Below are positions 63,953 to 64,000 of a stretch of DNA of 64,000 nt, piece after piece (the stretch's first letter is position 1; each line of letters opens with the position of its first letter). Source of the stretch: Octopus bimaculoides (taxonomy: Eukaryota); NCBI RefSeq assembly GCF_001194135.2, contig NC_068981.1, forward strand, positions 20,251,284 through 20,315,283, written 5' to 3'. A program made the translations under genes and the position numbers. Below the pieces are notes generated by a model. That model saw nothing but the letters and a program-made list of their open reading frames with translations, had not been told where the DNA came from and made no database searches.

Positions 63953-64000
63953 TTAACTCTTTAGCATTTAAACCAGCCATATCCAGCCCAAATATCCTAT
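63953..64000 (+). mobile_element. Possible left end of another TTAA-flanked MITE, cut by the window edge
   Basis: TTAA-CTCTTTAGCATTTAAACCAGCCATATCCAGCCC; the partner TIR lies outside the window. Confidence 0.4.

Overview
AT-rich, microsatellite-dense eukaryotic draft-assembly DNA with five N gaps. The repeat families (tRNA/CORE-type SINEs, RTE LINE tails ending in (GAT)n, Penelope-like remnants) point to a coleoid cephalopod, probably Octopus; this is inferred from family recognition, not from a search. The window is mostly intronic or intergenic, and nearly all ORF-track entries are microsatellite or repeat artefacts. Supported features: a full-length 1260-bp Tc1/mariner element with D-x36-E catalytic spacing plus a truncated second copy sharing two inactivating lesions; many SINE, RTE, L2/CR1 and Penelope fragments; a piggyBac-like MITE; a U6 retrocopy fused to a SINE/LINE-type 3' tail; a well-formed type I hammerhead ribozyme motif between ~120-bp inverted arms; a 455-bp palindrome; several minisatellites; and two candidate minus-strand exons resembling the end of an ionotropic glutamate receptor amino-terminal domain. 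Coordinates of decayed repeats are approximate (about +/-20 bp).
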